Position numbers and translations under genes: made by a program. This document shows, piece after piece, positions 49,989 through 59,489 of a stretch of DNA of 64,000 bases. Source of the DNA: Limnochordia bacterium (GTDB lineage Bacteria > Bacillota > Limnochordia > DTU080); assembly GCA_050951545.1 (NCBI GenBank), contig JBMNJG010000004.1, positions 96,001 to 160,000 of the forward strand, read 5' to 3'. Below the pieces are notes generated by a model. The model had not been told where the DNA came from, did not search any database, and saw nothing but the letters and a program-made list of their open reading frames with translations. Positions within the stretch are counted from its first letter, which is position 1. The number at the start of each line of letters is the position of its first letter.

Positions 49989-51266
49989 ATGACGCGTCCG
50001 ATTCGCTGGTGTTTGGCACTGTACTTGGTGCTCGCTTTGGTTTGGATACCAGGGGCCTTGGCGAAGGAACAGGTGGTCTTGAAGTGGACCACATGCTGTG
50101 GGCAACTGGATCGTCACGAGCTGTTTCAGTCGTGGGCGCGCCGCTATGAATCTCGTAATCCGGGAGTTAAGGTGGAGTGGGAGTACCCTGCTGGGAGCTA
50201 TGGGAACGTGTTGCTGACCCGGATCGTTGGCGGCGCGGGACCTGACGTCATGTGGATCGGGGGCGCCTACTCACAGTTAGCTGACCTATTCGCCTCTGTG
50301 GAAGACATGCGAACGCGCGCTGGGGGGCCGCTGCGTGAGGTCATGCCCCAGGTATTCCCTCTTTTCACTTGGGGAGGGAAGCTGGGTGCGGCACCTTACG
50401 GGGCGAACACGGTGCCGTTCTTTGTCAACCAACGCCTTTTCGCTGAAGCAGGTCTGAGAATACCTCCACCCAACTGGACCTGGGATGATTTCCTCGTCTT
50501 GGTCAAGCGTCTTACTGTGGATCTCGATGGCGATGGCCAGCCCGATCGATGGGGTTTTGACATCCGCTCCGGAGGATACCAGTTGACCGCGCTCTCCTGG
50601 GGAGGAGCACCCTTCTCGCCTGACGGGCGCAAGGTGGCCTTCAATAACCCCATCACGGTTGGGGCTACACAAACTCTCGCAGATCTAGCAAACAACAGAC
50701 ACGGCCCCTATCAGTTGCCAGCAGGCCGAGGTGACTTCGCGGCAGTGGCGAGGTCTGGCGTGGTGGCTGTCGTAGCGGGCGGTGTCTGGGGGGTTCCTGC
50801 TCTGCGTCAGTTGCCCGAGGATGAATGGGAGGGCATCGTCTTTCCTGCCTATGAATATCAGGGTGAGCGCTATCACGGCTCCTATCTGTCAGGTGAGGCG
50901 TGGGCGATCTCTAACACAACACCATACCCAGAAGAAGCACGGCGGTTCGTAGAGTTCCTGCTGGAGAAGGAGCAGATGCGTGAGTTCGCCCGTCTGGGCG
51001 GCATCATTCCGACCCAGCAGTCGGTGGCCCGGGAGTTCTTCCACCCATCGACCTCGAAGCCACAAAACATGGCGGCATTCTTGGATTGCCTCGAGGTGGG
51101 CAAGCCTCTATACAATATCCACCCCGCTGGAAATGACATCATCTCCCGGTCTGGTCCGGTCTGGTCAGAGCTGTGGGCAGGCAGAATGCCCGCCTCTGCG
51201 GCACTAGAACAGATGGAGGTGATCGGAAACGCCGTCTTGGCCGACTTTTGGGCGCAGAAAAAGTAG
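49989..51266 (+). CDS. ABC solute-binding protein, paralog B copy 3 (ends FWAQKK)
   Basis: Identical to copies 1-2 except the C-terminal tripeptide (QKK vs KKQ). Confidence 0.9.
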   Translation: MTRPIRWCLALYLVLALVWIPGALAKEQVVLKWTTCCGQLDRHELFQSWARRYESRNPGVKVEWEYPAGSYGNVLLTRIVGGAGPDVMWIGGAYSQLADLFASVEDMRTRAGGPLREVMPQVFPLFTWGGKLGAAPYGANTVPFFVNQRLFAEAGLRIPPPNWTWDDFLVLVKRLTVDLDGDGQPDRWGFDIRSGGYQLTALSWGGAPFSPDGRKVAFNNPITVGATQTLADLANNRHGPYQLPAGRGDFAAVARSGVVAVVAGGVWGVPALRQLPEDEWEGIVFPAYEYQGERYHGSYLSGEAWAISNTTPYPEEARRFVEFLLEKEQMREFARLGGIIPTQQSVAREFFHPSTSKPQNMAAFLDCLEVGKPLYNIHPAGNDIISRSGPVWSELWAGRMPASAALEQMEVIGNAVLADFWAQKK

Positions 51267-51309
51267 CATCGTGTGCCTGTTGTCTGCGGCTTTATGATGG
51301 GAAGCACGC

Positions 51310-51340
51310 GCATAGGCGCCCGGGTTCGGGCGCCTATGCC
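51310..51340 (+). terminator. Hairpin after the SBP cluster
   Basis: GCATAGGCGCCCG...CGGGCGCCTATGC. Confidence 0.5.
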
Positions 51341-51368
51341 TACCAACCAGGAAGAAAGGGATGAAAGT

Positions 51369-52379
51369 ATGAGTAGGGTCCGTCTGGCAGTGGTTGGTTG
51401 CGGGGCGATGTTCAATACTCACGCTCAGGGTCTGAAGCAGCTGCTCGATCGTGTTGAGATCACCTATGCAGTCGATGCTGTTGAGGATAGGGCGCAGAAA
51501 GCGGCAGCGCAGTTTCCAGGCACCAAGGCCGCTACAGACTACCGACAGGTACTCGACGAAGTCGATGCGGTGATGCTGGTTCTGCCATACCACCTTCACC
51601 ATCCGGTAGCCAAGGCATGCCTCGGTGCTGGCAAGCATGTGCTCCTAGAGAAACCCATGGCCAACAGCGAGGCAGAATGCCTGGATCTAATCGAAACAGC
51701 GGAAAGGTCTGGCCAGGTGTTCATGATCGCCTACTGCATGCGCTTCCATCCTCTGGTGCTCGCCATGAAAAAGCTACTGGATGAGAGAGCCTATGGCGAT
51801 GTGTTCCAGGTCTCGATCTGGACGGAGCAGCTGACCATTCGTCCGCCTGATCACTGGTCACACCTACCATCAACGGGTGGGGGGCAGCTGTTTACGCATG
51901 GGTGTCACTACATCGACATCCTCCTCTGGCTCTTGGGTCGGCCACTGCGGGGCACACATATCGGTACGGAATTTGGCACCCCTTGGATGAGCAGAGAAGG
52001 GACCAGCAACGTCTGCCTCGAGTTCGAAGGTGGTCGGCTGGCTTACCACTTCGGGACATGGGGCGCTAGAGGCACGCGCCTAGGGTACGCTTTCCATGCC
52101 CACTGCACTGACGGCATGATAGAAGCAGATATCCGACACAGTCGACTAGTCGTGCACCGAAGAGGTCAGCAGATCGTGCTTGTTGAGAGCGCAGCTGGCA
52201 AACAGACTGAAAATGAGATGCATCACTTTCTCGAGTGCATTGAGACAAGCAGGCGGCCGCTGACCGACGGGCCCGGAAGTCTGCAGGGTCTGAGAGTGAT
52301 CTGGCGACTGTATGAGGCTGAACGGCAACAGACAGTGGCCGATCTGCGTGGATTGGGTCTTGACGAGTACCAACGGTAA
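51369..52379 (+). CDS. Gfo/Idh/MocA family oxidoreductase
   Basis: AVVGCG, GKHVLLEKPMA, GCHYID. Confidence 0.9.
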   Translation: MSRVRLAVVGCGAMFNTHAQGLKQLLDRVEITYAVDAVEDRAQKAAAQFPGTKAATDYRQVLDEVDAVMLVLPYHLHHPVAKACLGAGKHVLLEKPMANSEAECLDLIETAERSGQVFMIAYCMRFHPLVLAMKKLLDERAYGDVFQVSIWTEQLTIRPPDHWSHLPSTGGGQLFTHGCHYIDILLWLLGRPLRGTHIGTEFGTPWMSREGTSNVCLEFEGGRLAYHFGTWGARGTRLGYAFHAHCTDGMIEADIRHSRLVVHRRGQQIVLVESAAGKQTENEMHHFLECIETSRRPLTDGPGSLQGLRVIWRLYEAERQQTVADLRGLGLDEYQR

Positions 52380-52505
52380 ACTTTCTGTGGCTCTATGACA
52401 ACCGCACGGACAACAACATTGCCAGAGGCTTGTTCTCACGCCCAGAGATAAGGAACACGGGTACGATCGGGATTTCGTCATGCACGAGCTAGGGAGGGAG
52501 AGTCT

Positions 52506-53807
52506 ATGACGTTATTCATGATGTTAACCGACAGGGCGAGATGGGGAACCGGACAGCGAATATTTCGACTGATGCTTGCTATGATGTTGTTGCTGCACAT
52601 AGCCACTGGGACAGTGAACAGTGCGGATAAGACAAAGGTGACGATGAGTACATGGGGATCACCGGAGTTCTGGGATCTGCACGAGGAAGGCATTGCCGAG
52701 TTTGAGAAGTTGAACCCACAGATAGATGTCGAGCTTCTGCGCCTACCCTGTTGCGATAAGCAATACTGGGAAGCGGTTATGGTCAGAAGTGCGGCAGGGC
52801 AGATGCCCGATGTCTTTCGCATCTGGTCAACCCAACAGACAGACATCTACCGCTCTGGGCTGGCCTTGGATATTTCCTCATATGTTTCTAAGGATGCCAC
52901 GTATTTCAAGCAGTTTTTCGTTCCTCCGCTAGGCCTGGGCAAGCGCACCTATGCCCTCGCTGATGTGGTAATAGTCAACTATCTCCATACCAATGAGGAC
53001 ATGATGGCCAAAGTGGGATTGGAGTCGCCAGCCGATCTGTACGTCAAGGGAGCGTGGGACTACCGCGCGCTCGAGGCGACGTCGCGTCGCGTAGCGCAAC
53101 GCGACGAGCACGGCAATCCGAAGGCCTTAGGGATGATCATGATCGTGCCTGACGTCTTTTTCGTTGGTGCGTGGGTGCAGATCTTTGGCGGCAGCTGGTT
53201 TGATGCTGAATTCCGTGCTTCTCAGTTTAACCAGCCTCCGGCTCTGCAAGCTCTGACGTGGTTGCAGGAGCGCTTGTCGGAGGGTAGCTTCGTCGCTAAC
53301 GGTCGGTACGCTTCCTTGGAGAAGGCTGGGGAATGGGGATTGTGGTTTCAGTGGAACCTGCCCCCGGCGCCTGGTGGAGCCTATGGCAACATGCAAGCTG
53401 GCTATGTGCCATTCCCGCGAGGACCAGCTCGTGACACGACGAGCTTCCGCGTGGAGCCGTGGGCGGTGGCTGCAGCCAGTAAGCATCCGCAAGAGGCGTA
53501 TGAACTCATCAAGTACATGGCAGGTCCGGGAATACGCTTCATGATCGGAAAGCAGGGGAAGGTGCCCAACTATCGCCCATCCATGGGGCTTCTGAATGCT
53601 CACGCCTCTCGCTTCGCCTACGGACTTGGCCCGCTACAGCAGCAACTCGACAAGATGGTTCCTCAGCCTGTGCCTCCTGAGCAGCGGCGGATATATGACA
53701 CTCTGTTCCCCGCACTGCGTAGCATCGCAGAGGGCCAGATAGGCGCACAAGCTGCGATGGATGATGTAGCACGCCAGGTAGACGCCATCCTGCAATCAGT
53801 TAACTGA
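52506..53807 (+). CDS. ABC solute-binding protein
   Basis: FEKLNPQIDVE, AAGQMPDVF, SKHPQEAYELIKY. Confidence 0.85.
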   Translation: MTLFMMLTDRARWGTGQRIFRLMLAMMLLLHIATGTVNSADKTKVTMSTWGSPEFWDLHEEGIAEFEKLNPQIDVELLRLPCCDKQYWEAVMVRSAAGQMPDVFRIWSTQQTDIYRSGLALDISSYVSKDATYFKQFFVPPLGLGKRTYALADVVIVNYLHTNEDMMAKVGLESPADLYVKGAWDYRALEATSRRVAQRDEHGNPKALGMIMIVPDVFFVGAWVQIFGGSWFDAEFRASQFNQPPALQALTWLQERLSEGSFVANGRYASLEKAGEWGLWFQWNLPPAPGGAYGNMQAGYVPFPRGPARDTTSFRVEPWAVAAASKHPQEAYELIKYMAGPGIRFMIGKQGKVPNYRPSMGLLNAHASRFAYGLGPLQQQLDKMVPQPVPPEQRRIYDTLFPALRSIAEGQIGAQAAMDDVARQVDAILQSVN

Positions 53808-53841
53808 TGAAGCAAGCACATACAAAGGGGCTGAACACACT

Positions 53842-56142
53842 GTGGCTTCCGATCTCGGGGAGAATGCTTTGCTGGAACACACGAAATCAAGCTGTGCTTT
53901 TAGGACAGGATCCGGTGTCTTTGTGCGCATCGAGGCCATCTCGCCACACATCATGCGCTGGCGTCTATCCCATGACGGGAAGTGGAGGCAGTCCCCGCTT
54001 AACAGGTATGGGTTTGTCAGTGAGAATGTGGGGAGTGACAGTCCGCACATTGTGCTCACCGAGCGCCCGGATGCCATCCAGCTGGCCACTGAAGTGTTGC
54101 AGGTGCGCACAGAACGCGCCTCTGGGCGGATGCAGTTCTGTAACGCCTCGGGGCGCCGTCTACTCCAGGGAAGTGCTACCGACGGTTTCAGGGTAAGCGC
54201 CGAGGGCCATGTGGCCAGCTTTGACATTGGCCCAGATGAGCTTTTTTACGGTTTCGGTGATCAGAATCGAGAACGGTTAGAACACCGAGGCACAAGTCCT
54301 CGCATGTGGGTGACCAATGTCAACCGCTACATCCCCATCCCCTTCTTCATGAGCAACCGAGGGTATGGGATGCTCGTCAACACCACCCGAGATCTCGCTT
54401 TCGATATAGGAAGTAAGTCGGCCGATCGTTTGACCTTCACAGTCATCGGTACCGATGTCGACTTCTACTTCATCTACGGACCGGAGCCTGCGGCCATTCT
54501 CGATCATTACACTCGATTGACGGGAAGACCCACGCTACCGCCAAAGTGGTCATTCGGTCTGTGGTTTGTCTGTCGCACGCAGGCGAATGATCATGAAGTG
54601 ATTACCGATGCTTATACTTTCCGTCGCGAAGGTATTCCTTGCGATGCCATCATGCTGGAGCCCGGTTGGATGCAGACCTTCTACGACGCTTCTGTGAAGA
54701 AGGATTGGCACGTAGAACGTTTTCCCATTCCATCGTATAGCCGTACGGGTCCTGACAACTTCCCTGCGGCACTCAAGAGAATGGGCTTCAAAATCGGTCT
54801 ATGGGAATGCAATGACTATGATCTGTCCATAGAGGCTGAGCGCCGACTCATGAGCCAAGAAGAGATGGATGCCCGAGACCAGGATCGCGGGGTGGACGAC
54901 GGCACAAGCGAAGCGATCTACTTGGAGCCCGATGAGCATCTACGTATGCCTAGACGGCTTGATTCGCTGACTCAGAAGAACGAACCGTGGTTTGAGCATC
55001 ACAAGAAGTTCATCGATCAGGGCGTGGACTTTTTCAAGCAGGATGGGGCCTATCAAGTTCTGGATCACCCGGACCGTCTCTGGGCGAACGGAATGACAGA
55101 TGCTGAGATGCACAATTTGTACCCCCTGTTGTACTCGCAGCAAATGTACGAGGGCTTCAAGGAGTATACGAAGCGGCGACCCTGTTGCTTTACGCCAGCT
55201 GGTTGGGCTGGTTTGCAGCGCTACACGGGCACCTGGACCGGAGACACAGGTGGTGGCCCAGGCACTATTCTGGCTTGTCTCAATTTGGCTATGAGCGGCC
55301 ATCACCTCGTCACGTGTGATATGCAGGTAACGAGCAAGGAGGGCATCCACTACGGTTTTCTCCTTCCTTGGGCACAGGTCAACAGCTGGAACTACTGGCG
55401 GCATCCGTGGCTTCTCGGCGATGAGCTCGGGCCTATCTTCAAGGAGTATGCAGAACTGCGCTACCGCCTTCTGCCATACATCTATAGCTGCGCTTATGAA
55501 GCCCATCTGACTGGCATGCCACTGATGCGACCGATGCCCCTGGCCTTTGCCACCGAGCCAGAATCTCATAACTATCTACGGCAGTGGATGTTTGGCCCGG
55601 CGCTCTTAGTGGGGGCCTTCTGCGATGAGCTATATCTGCCAGGCAGTGGAGTCTGGCACGATTACTGGACGGGAGAGTGCATTCAGGCGCCGTGTACCAT
55701 TGTCTACACTGCACCGCCCAATCGAGGCGGAGCTCTGTTTGTCAAGGGCGGTACGCTTCTTCCAATGGCGCCGCCTCAGCCTTATGTGGGGTCAGCTCCA
55801 GCGAACACGATGACACTCGAGGTATTCCCCGGCGCTGACGGCCATTTCCGGCTATATGACGATGACGGGGTCAGTCTGGACTATGAACACGGTCGTTACG
55901 CGGTGACGCCATTCTGCGTGAAGCAGGAGACCAATGCTCTGACCATCGGTATTGGCGAGCGTCAGGGAAGCTATTCTGGCATGCCTGACCAGGTGCTTTA
56001 TACGCTGGAGGTTCACATGCCAGAGCAGCCCGCGCGCGTGAGCACAGATGCTGGCGAAGCCAAGTGGTGCCACAAGGATGGTCTGTTGCGGGTGGATCTG
56101 GGTGCAGTGGGCCGCAAGGGATGTGTGTGCAAAATCATGTAG
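53842..56142 (+). CDS. Glycoside hydrolase family 31
   Basis: LTGRPTLPPKWSFG, FFKQDG, WTGDT, LRYRLLPYIYS, GMPLMRPM. Confidence 0.9.
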   Translation: MASDLGENALLEHTKSSCAFRTGSGVFVRIEAISPHIMRWRLSHDGKWRQSPLNRYGFVSENVGSDSPHIVLTERPDAIQLATEVLQVRTERASGRMQFCNASGRRLLQGSATDGFRVSAEGHVASFDIGPDELFYGFGDQNRERLEHRGTSPRMWVTNVNRYIPIPFFMSNRGYGMLVNTTRDLAFDIGSKSADRLTFTVIGTDVDFYFIYGPEPAAILDHYTRLTGRPTLPPKWSFGLWFVCRTQANDHEVITDAYTFRREGIPCDAIMLEPGWMQTFYDASVKKDWHVERFPIPSYSRTGPDNFPAALKRMGFKIGLWECNDYDLSIEAERRLMSQEEMDARDQDRGVDDGTSEAIYLEPDEHLRMPRRLDSLTQKNEPWFEHHKKFIDQGVDFFKQDGAYQVLDHPDRLWANGMTDAEMHNLYPLLYSQQMYEGFKEYTKRRPCCFTPAGWAGLQRYTGTWTGDTGGGPGTILACLNLAMSGHHLVTCDMQVTSKEGIHYGFLLPWAQVNSWNYWRHPWLLGDELGPIFKEYAELRYRLLPYIYSCAYEAHLTGMPLMRPMPLAFATEPESHNYLRQWMFGPALLVGAFCDELYLPGSGVWHDYWTGECIQAPCTIVYTAPPNRGGALFVKGGTLLPMAPPQPYVGSAPANTMTLEVFPGADGHFRLYDDDGVSLDYEHGRYAVTPFCVKQETNALTIGIGERQGSYSGMPDQVLYTLEVHMPEQPARVSTDAGEAKWCHKDGLLRVDLGAVGRKGCVCKIM

Positions 56143-56164
56143 TAGAAGTAGGGGAGGACTAGTC

Positions 56165-57442
56165 ATGAGGATGATCGGGCGAAAGAGCACGGCTTGTCGT
56201 ATTCTTATGGTCTTCGCAGTGGTGTTTTCCAGTGTACTGGCTCAAGGGGCTAAGGTGCAACTCGTACACTTCACGTACTCGGGCCATGGCGAGCGATGGC
56301 AGGCGTGGCTGGGGGCCATCGCGAAGGATTTCGAGGCTGCTACAGGTATTGGCGTAAGGGTAGAGGTGTCGATGAGCAGCGGCGACTACCAGCCCAAGCT
56401 GTTGACAATGGTGGCTGGTGGAGTGGCGCCCGATGTCACTGATGCTCATCCCATGCTGGCGGCACCTTTCATCGCTCAGGACATTTTCGAAGACCTGGGC
56501 CCGTACATCAAGCGAGACAAGGTGCCGTTGGAGCGGATACCTCCTGCGATTGTCAGAGGGGTACAGACACCTGATGGTGTGATGTGGGGTCTCCCAGTCA
56601 GCGTCTACCCGGTCGTTACGTTCTTCAATGCCGATATGTTTGCAGAAGCCGGAATAGCCAACCCTATTCAGCTTGGCGAAAACTGGACCTGGGAAACGGC
56701 AACCACGAGTGCTCAACGGCTGACTGTTGATGCGGACCGGGATGGCGTGCCCGAACGCTATGGTCTCAACGCTATCTCCGCACGCTATGAACAGCAGGTT
56801 CATCAGGCAGGCGGCACTCTCTACGATCGCCTCGTCTATCCTACAAACAGCCGCTTCAACACGCCACCAGTTCAAACTGCACTCCAATGGATTCAGTCTC
56901 TATACGTTGACCGACTGGCATCAACTAGCGGCAATGTGCAGGTGTATCGTGGCAATGCTGCGTTTAGCGTGACAGAAGGCCCAGGTTTTATCTCGGCATA
57001 CTACCAAGACGTCCCCTTTAGCTGGGATATCGCCGTTCAGCCCAAGGGCCCTGCCAATCGCGCCGCACGCGTCAACCCTGATGGTTTTCAGATCTTGGCA
57101 GCTAGTCAACACAAAGATGCCGCATGGAAGTGGATCCATTTTCTGACTACGAGTGTGGATAACCAACTGGAGTTGGTAAGATACACTAGCCGCATGCCCG
57201 CTCTGAGGGAGGCCATGCTGCGTTACCCGAAAGTGAGTACGGGAAAGCAACCGGATAACTGGTATGCGCTGGTTGATACAGCCTTCGATCCCGACGGCTA
57301 TGCCGCCTACGTAATCCCCAACGCCACGGTCATCGATCCTGTGGTAAACGCGGTGCTTAACCGGATATGGCGGGGCGAGATAGCCGTGGCCACTGCGCTG
57401 GAGCAGATCGACCAACAGGTGAACGCATTGCTTCGGCCATAG
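56165..57442 (+). CDS. ABC solute-binding protein
   Basis: MVAGGVAPDV, DADRDGVPERYG, SQHKDAAWKWIHF; GGGGAGG RBS. Confidence 0.88.
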   Translation: MRMIGRKSTACRILMVFAVVFSSVLAQGAKVQLVHFTYSGHGERWQAWLGAIAKDFEAATGIGVRVEVSMSSGDYQPKLLTMVAGGVAPDVTDAHPMLAAPFIAQDIFEDLGPYIKRDKVPLERIPPAIVRGVQTPDGVMWGLPVSVYPVVTFFNADMFAEAGIANPIQLGENWTWETATTSAQRLTVDADRDGVPERYGLNAISARYEQQVHQAGGTLYDRLVYPTNSRFNTPPVQTALQWIQSLYVDRLASTSGNVQVYRGNAAFSVTEGPGFISAYYQDVPFSWDIAVQPKGPANRAARVNPDGFQILAASQHKDAAWKWIHFLTTSVDNQLELVRYTSRMPALREAMLRYPKVSTGKQPDNWYALVDTAFDPDGYAAYVIPNATVIDPVVNAVLNRIWRGEIAVATALEQIDQQVNALLRP

Positions 57443-57520
57443 GCCTGCAGGCGAAGCAAGCGCGGCTAGAGAAGCAGAACGGCAGGGTTAACCCGTGGGC
57501 CAGTTGAATGGGGGCATACA

Positions 57521-58777
57521 ATGGCGAACGATCATCCAAGAATCCGCGTGGGGGTGGTGGGCGTCAGGCGCGGCCGGACCTTCATGAATCAGGCGCCCGC
57601 CGCCGGGATGGAGCTCGTCGCGATCTGCGATACATGGGAAGAGAAGCTGAGAGAGGTCAATGCGAAGTATAACGTGGCGACATACACAGACTACGACGCT
57701 TTTCTAGAACACGATATGGATGCGGTCGTTACCGCCAACTACTTCCACCAGCACGCGCCCTTGGCGATCAAAGCTCTGCGAGCTGGCAAGCATGTCATGA
57801 GCGAATGCGCGGCTTGTCATACGCTTGCGGAGGGAGTAGCGCTGTGTCGTGAGGTCGAGCGGAGCGGGCTGATCTACATGTTGGCTGAGAACTACCCATA
57901 TACAGCAGCCAACCTTGAGTTACACCGGCTGTACCAAGCAGGAGCCATTGGTGAGGTCATGTACGCGGAGGGAGAGTACAACCATCCCATGAAAAGGGAG
58001 GACTGGATGCGCATCTCTCCTGGTCTCAGACACTGGCGCAACAATCTGGCGGCGACCTACTACTGCACGCACGCCCTGGCTCCACTGATGCACATCACTG
58101 ACACCATGCCGGTCTCCGTAAACGCCTTGGCTATACCCTGGGCGAAGCCAGACCCGCTTAGTGTCAGACGTCAAGATGCTGGGGCTGTCACTCTCTGTCG
58201 CATGGGCAATGGTGCTGTCTTTCGCCTTTTCGGCATCAACGTTCCGGGGCACAGTATTTGGTACCGCCTGCATGGATCACGCGGCTTGGCTGAACTGACG
58301 AGAGGTGGAGGCTATTGGGGTCCCGGTCACGTGCGCCTCGCGCATGACCCATGGGATGTGTTGCCAGGTGAAGAGGAGGAGCGGATTTATGCTCCTGAGT
58401 TTCCAGCCTGGGCTCAGAGAGCAGCAGAGGCGGGACATGGTGGCGGAGACTTCTTTACGAGTTACCTGTTCGCTGAGGCCATTCGAACTGGTGAGCAGCC
58501 GTATCTCAACGTCTATCGGGGCGTGGCTATGTCAGTGGTGGGCATACAGGCCTGGAAATCCTGCCTGGAGAATGGCCAGCCCTATGAGATCCCGGATTTC
58601 ACGGACGAAAAGGCGCGTGCATTGCACGAGAACGACCACTGGTCCCCATTTCCGGAGGATGCTGGTCCTGGCCAGCCGTTTCCAAGCATTCGGGGCGATA
58701 TCCAGTCGACGCCAGAAGCAATCGCTTATGCCCGCCAACTCTGGGAGGAGCAGCTTGGTTTTCGCGAGCAAGACTGA
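57521..58777 (+). CDS. Gfo/Idh/MocA family oxidoreductase
   Basis: VGVVG.RRG, GKHVMSE, EGEYNH, GHGGGDF. Confidence 0.88.
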   Translation: MANDHPRIRVGVVGVRRGRTFMNQAPAAGMELVAICDTWEEKLREVNAKYNVATYTDYDAFLEHDMDAVVTANYFHQHAPLAIKALRAGKHVMSECAACHTLAEGVALCREVERSGLIYMLAENYPYTAANLELHRLYQAGAIGEVMYAEGEYNHPMKREDWMRISPGLRHWRNNLAATYYCTHALAPLMHITDTMPVSVNALAIPWAKPDPLSVRRQDAGAVTLCRMGNGAVFRLFGINVPGHSIWYRLHGSRGLAELTRGGGYWGPGHVRLAHDPWDVLPGEEEERIYAPEFPAWAQRAAEAGHGGGDFFTSYLFAEAIRTGEQPYLNVYRGVAMSVVGIQAWKSCLENGQPYEIPDFTDEKARALHENDHWSPFPEDAGPGQPFPSIRGDIQSTPEAIAYARQLWEEQLGFREQD

Positions 58778-58780
58778 GCT

Positions 58781-59434
58781 TTGAGGGCGAGGGTGACAGA
58801 TGTGGAGCGGGTGATTCACGTCATCGTCAACGGTATTCAGCTGCATCTAGAGACGCGGCCTGGGTTGTTCTCGCCCGCTCGGCTAGATCCGGGGACGCTC
58901 GCCATGCTATCGGTTACGAAGCTGGCACCTAGGGAGAAGGTGCTAGATCTCGGCTGCGGATACGGGCTTGTCGGTATCTACATGGCCAGACTGTGTGGTG
59001 CACAGCAGGTGGTGATGTCGGATGACGATCCGCTCGCGCTTGAGGTGGCTCGTCGAAACGCGGTCAGCAATGGCCTAGAGGATATCCGGGTTCTCTTGAG
59101 CGACGGGTTTGAGCAGATTGCTGATGAGGACTTCACGCTGATTATGGCGAACCCGCCCTATCATGCTGATTTCTCTGTGCCCAAGGGTTTCATCGAGGGG
59201 GCTCGACGCCATCTGACCGTCGGTGGGCGTTTGGTGATGGTGGTTAAGCGCGTGACATGGTACAGAAACAAGATGCAGAGTGTCTTTGGCGGGGTACGGG
59301 TGACACTAGCAGACGGCTACGCAGTGCTGGAGTCAGAGAAACGGGGTGGCTCGCCGAGAGCAAAGCCTATCAAGGCCACGACCAAGAAGCACTTGCGTCG
59401 TGTTCAGGCCTCCGCTGCAAGAAAGCGCCATTAG
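58781..59434 (+). CDS. Class I SAM methyltransferase (RsmC/MTS-like)
   Basis: PGLFS...D.GT, LDLGCGYG, NPPY. Confidence 0.88.
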   Translation: MRARVTDVERVIHVIVNGIQLHLETRPGLFSPARLDPGTLAMLSVTKLAPREKVLDLGCGYGLVGIYMARLCGAQQVVMSDDDPLALEVARRNAVSNGLEDIRVLLSDGFEQIADEDFTLIMANPPYHADFSVPKGFIEGARRHLTVGGRLVMVVKRVTWYRNKMQSVFGGVRVTLADGYAVLESEKRGGSPRAKPIKATTKKHLRRVQASAARKRH

Positions 59435-59445
59435 TTGAGGATGTG

Positions 59446-59473
59446 AATGGCGCGACTCAGGGTCGCGCCATTC
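59446..59473. terminator. Hairpin between convergent genes
   Basis: GAATGGCGCGAC...GTCGCGCCATTC. Confidence 0.6.
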
Positions 59474-59489
59474 GATATCTGCAGCGAAG

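Larger units (their letters stand above)
46809..51253 (+). repeat. Three apparently identical 1480-bp tandem units (intergenic region + SBP gene)
   Basis: Gene starts at 47029, 48509 and 49989 (period 1480); the ORF-track translations repeat in several frames. Confidence 0.97.
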
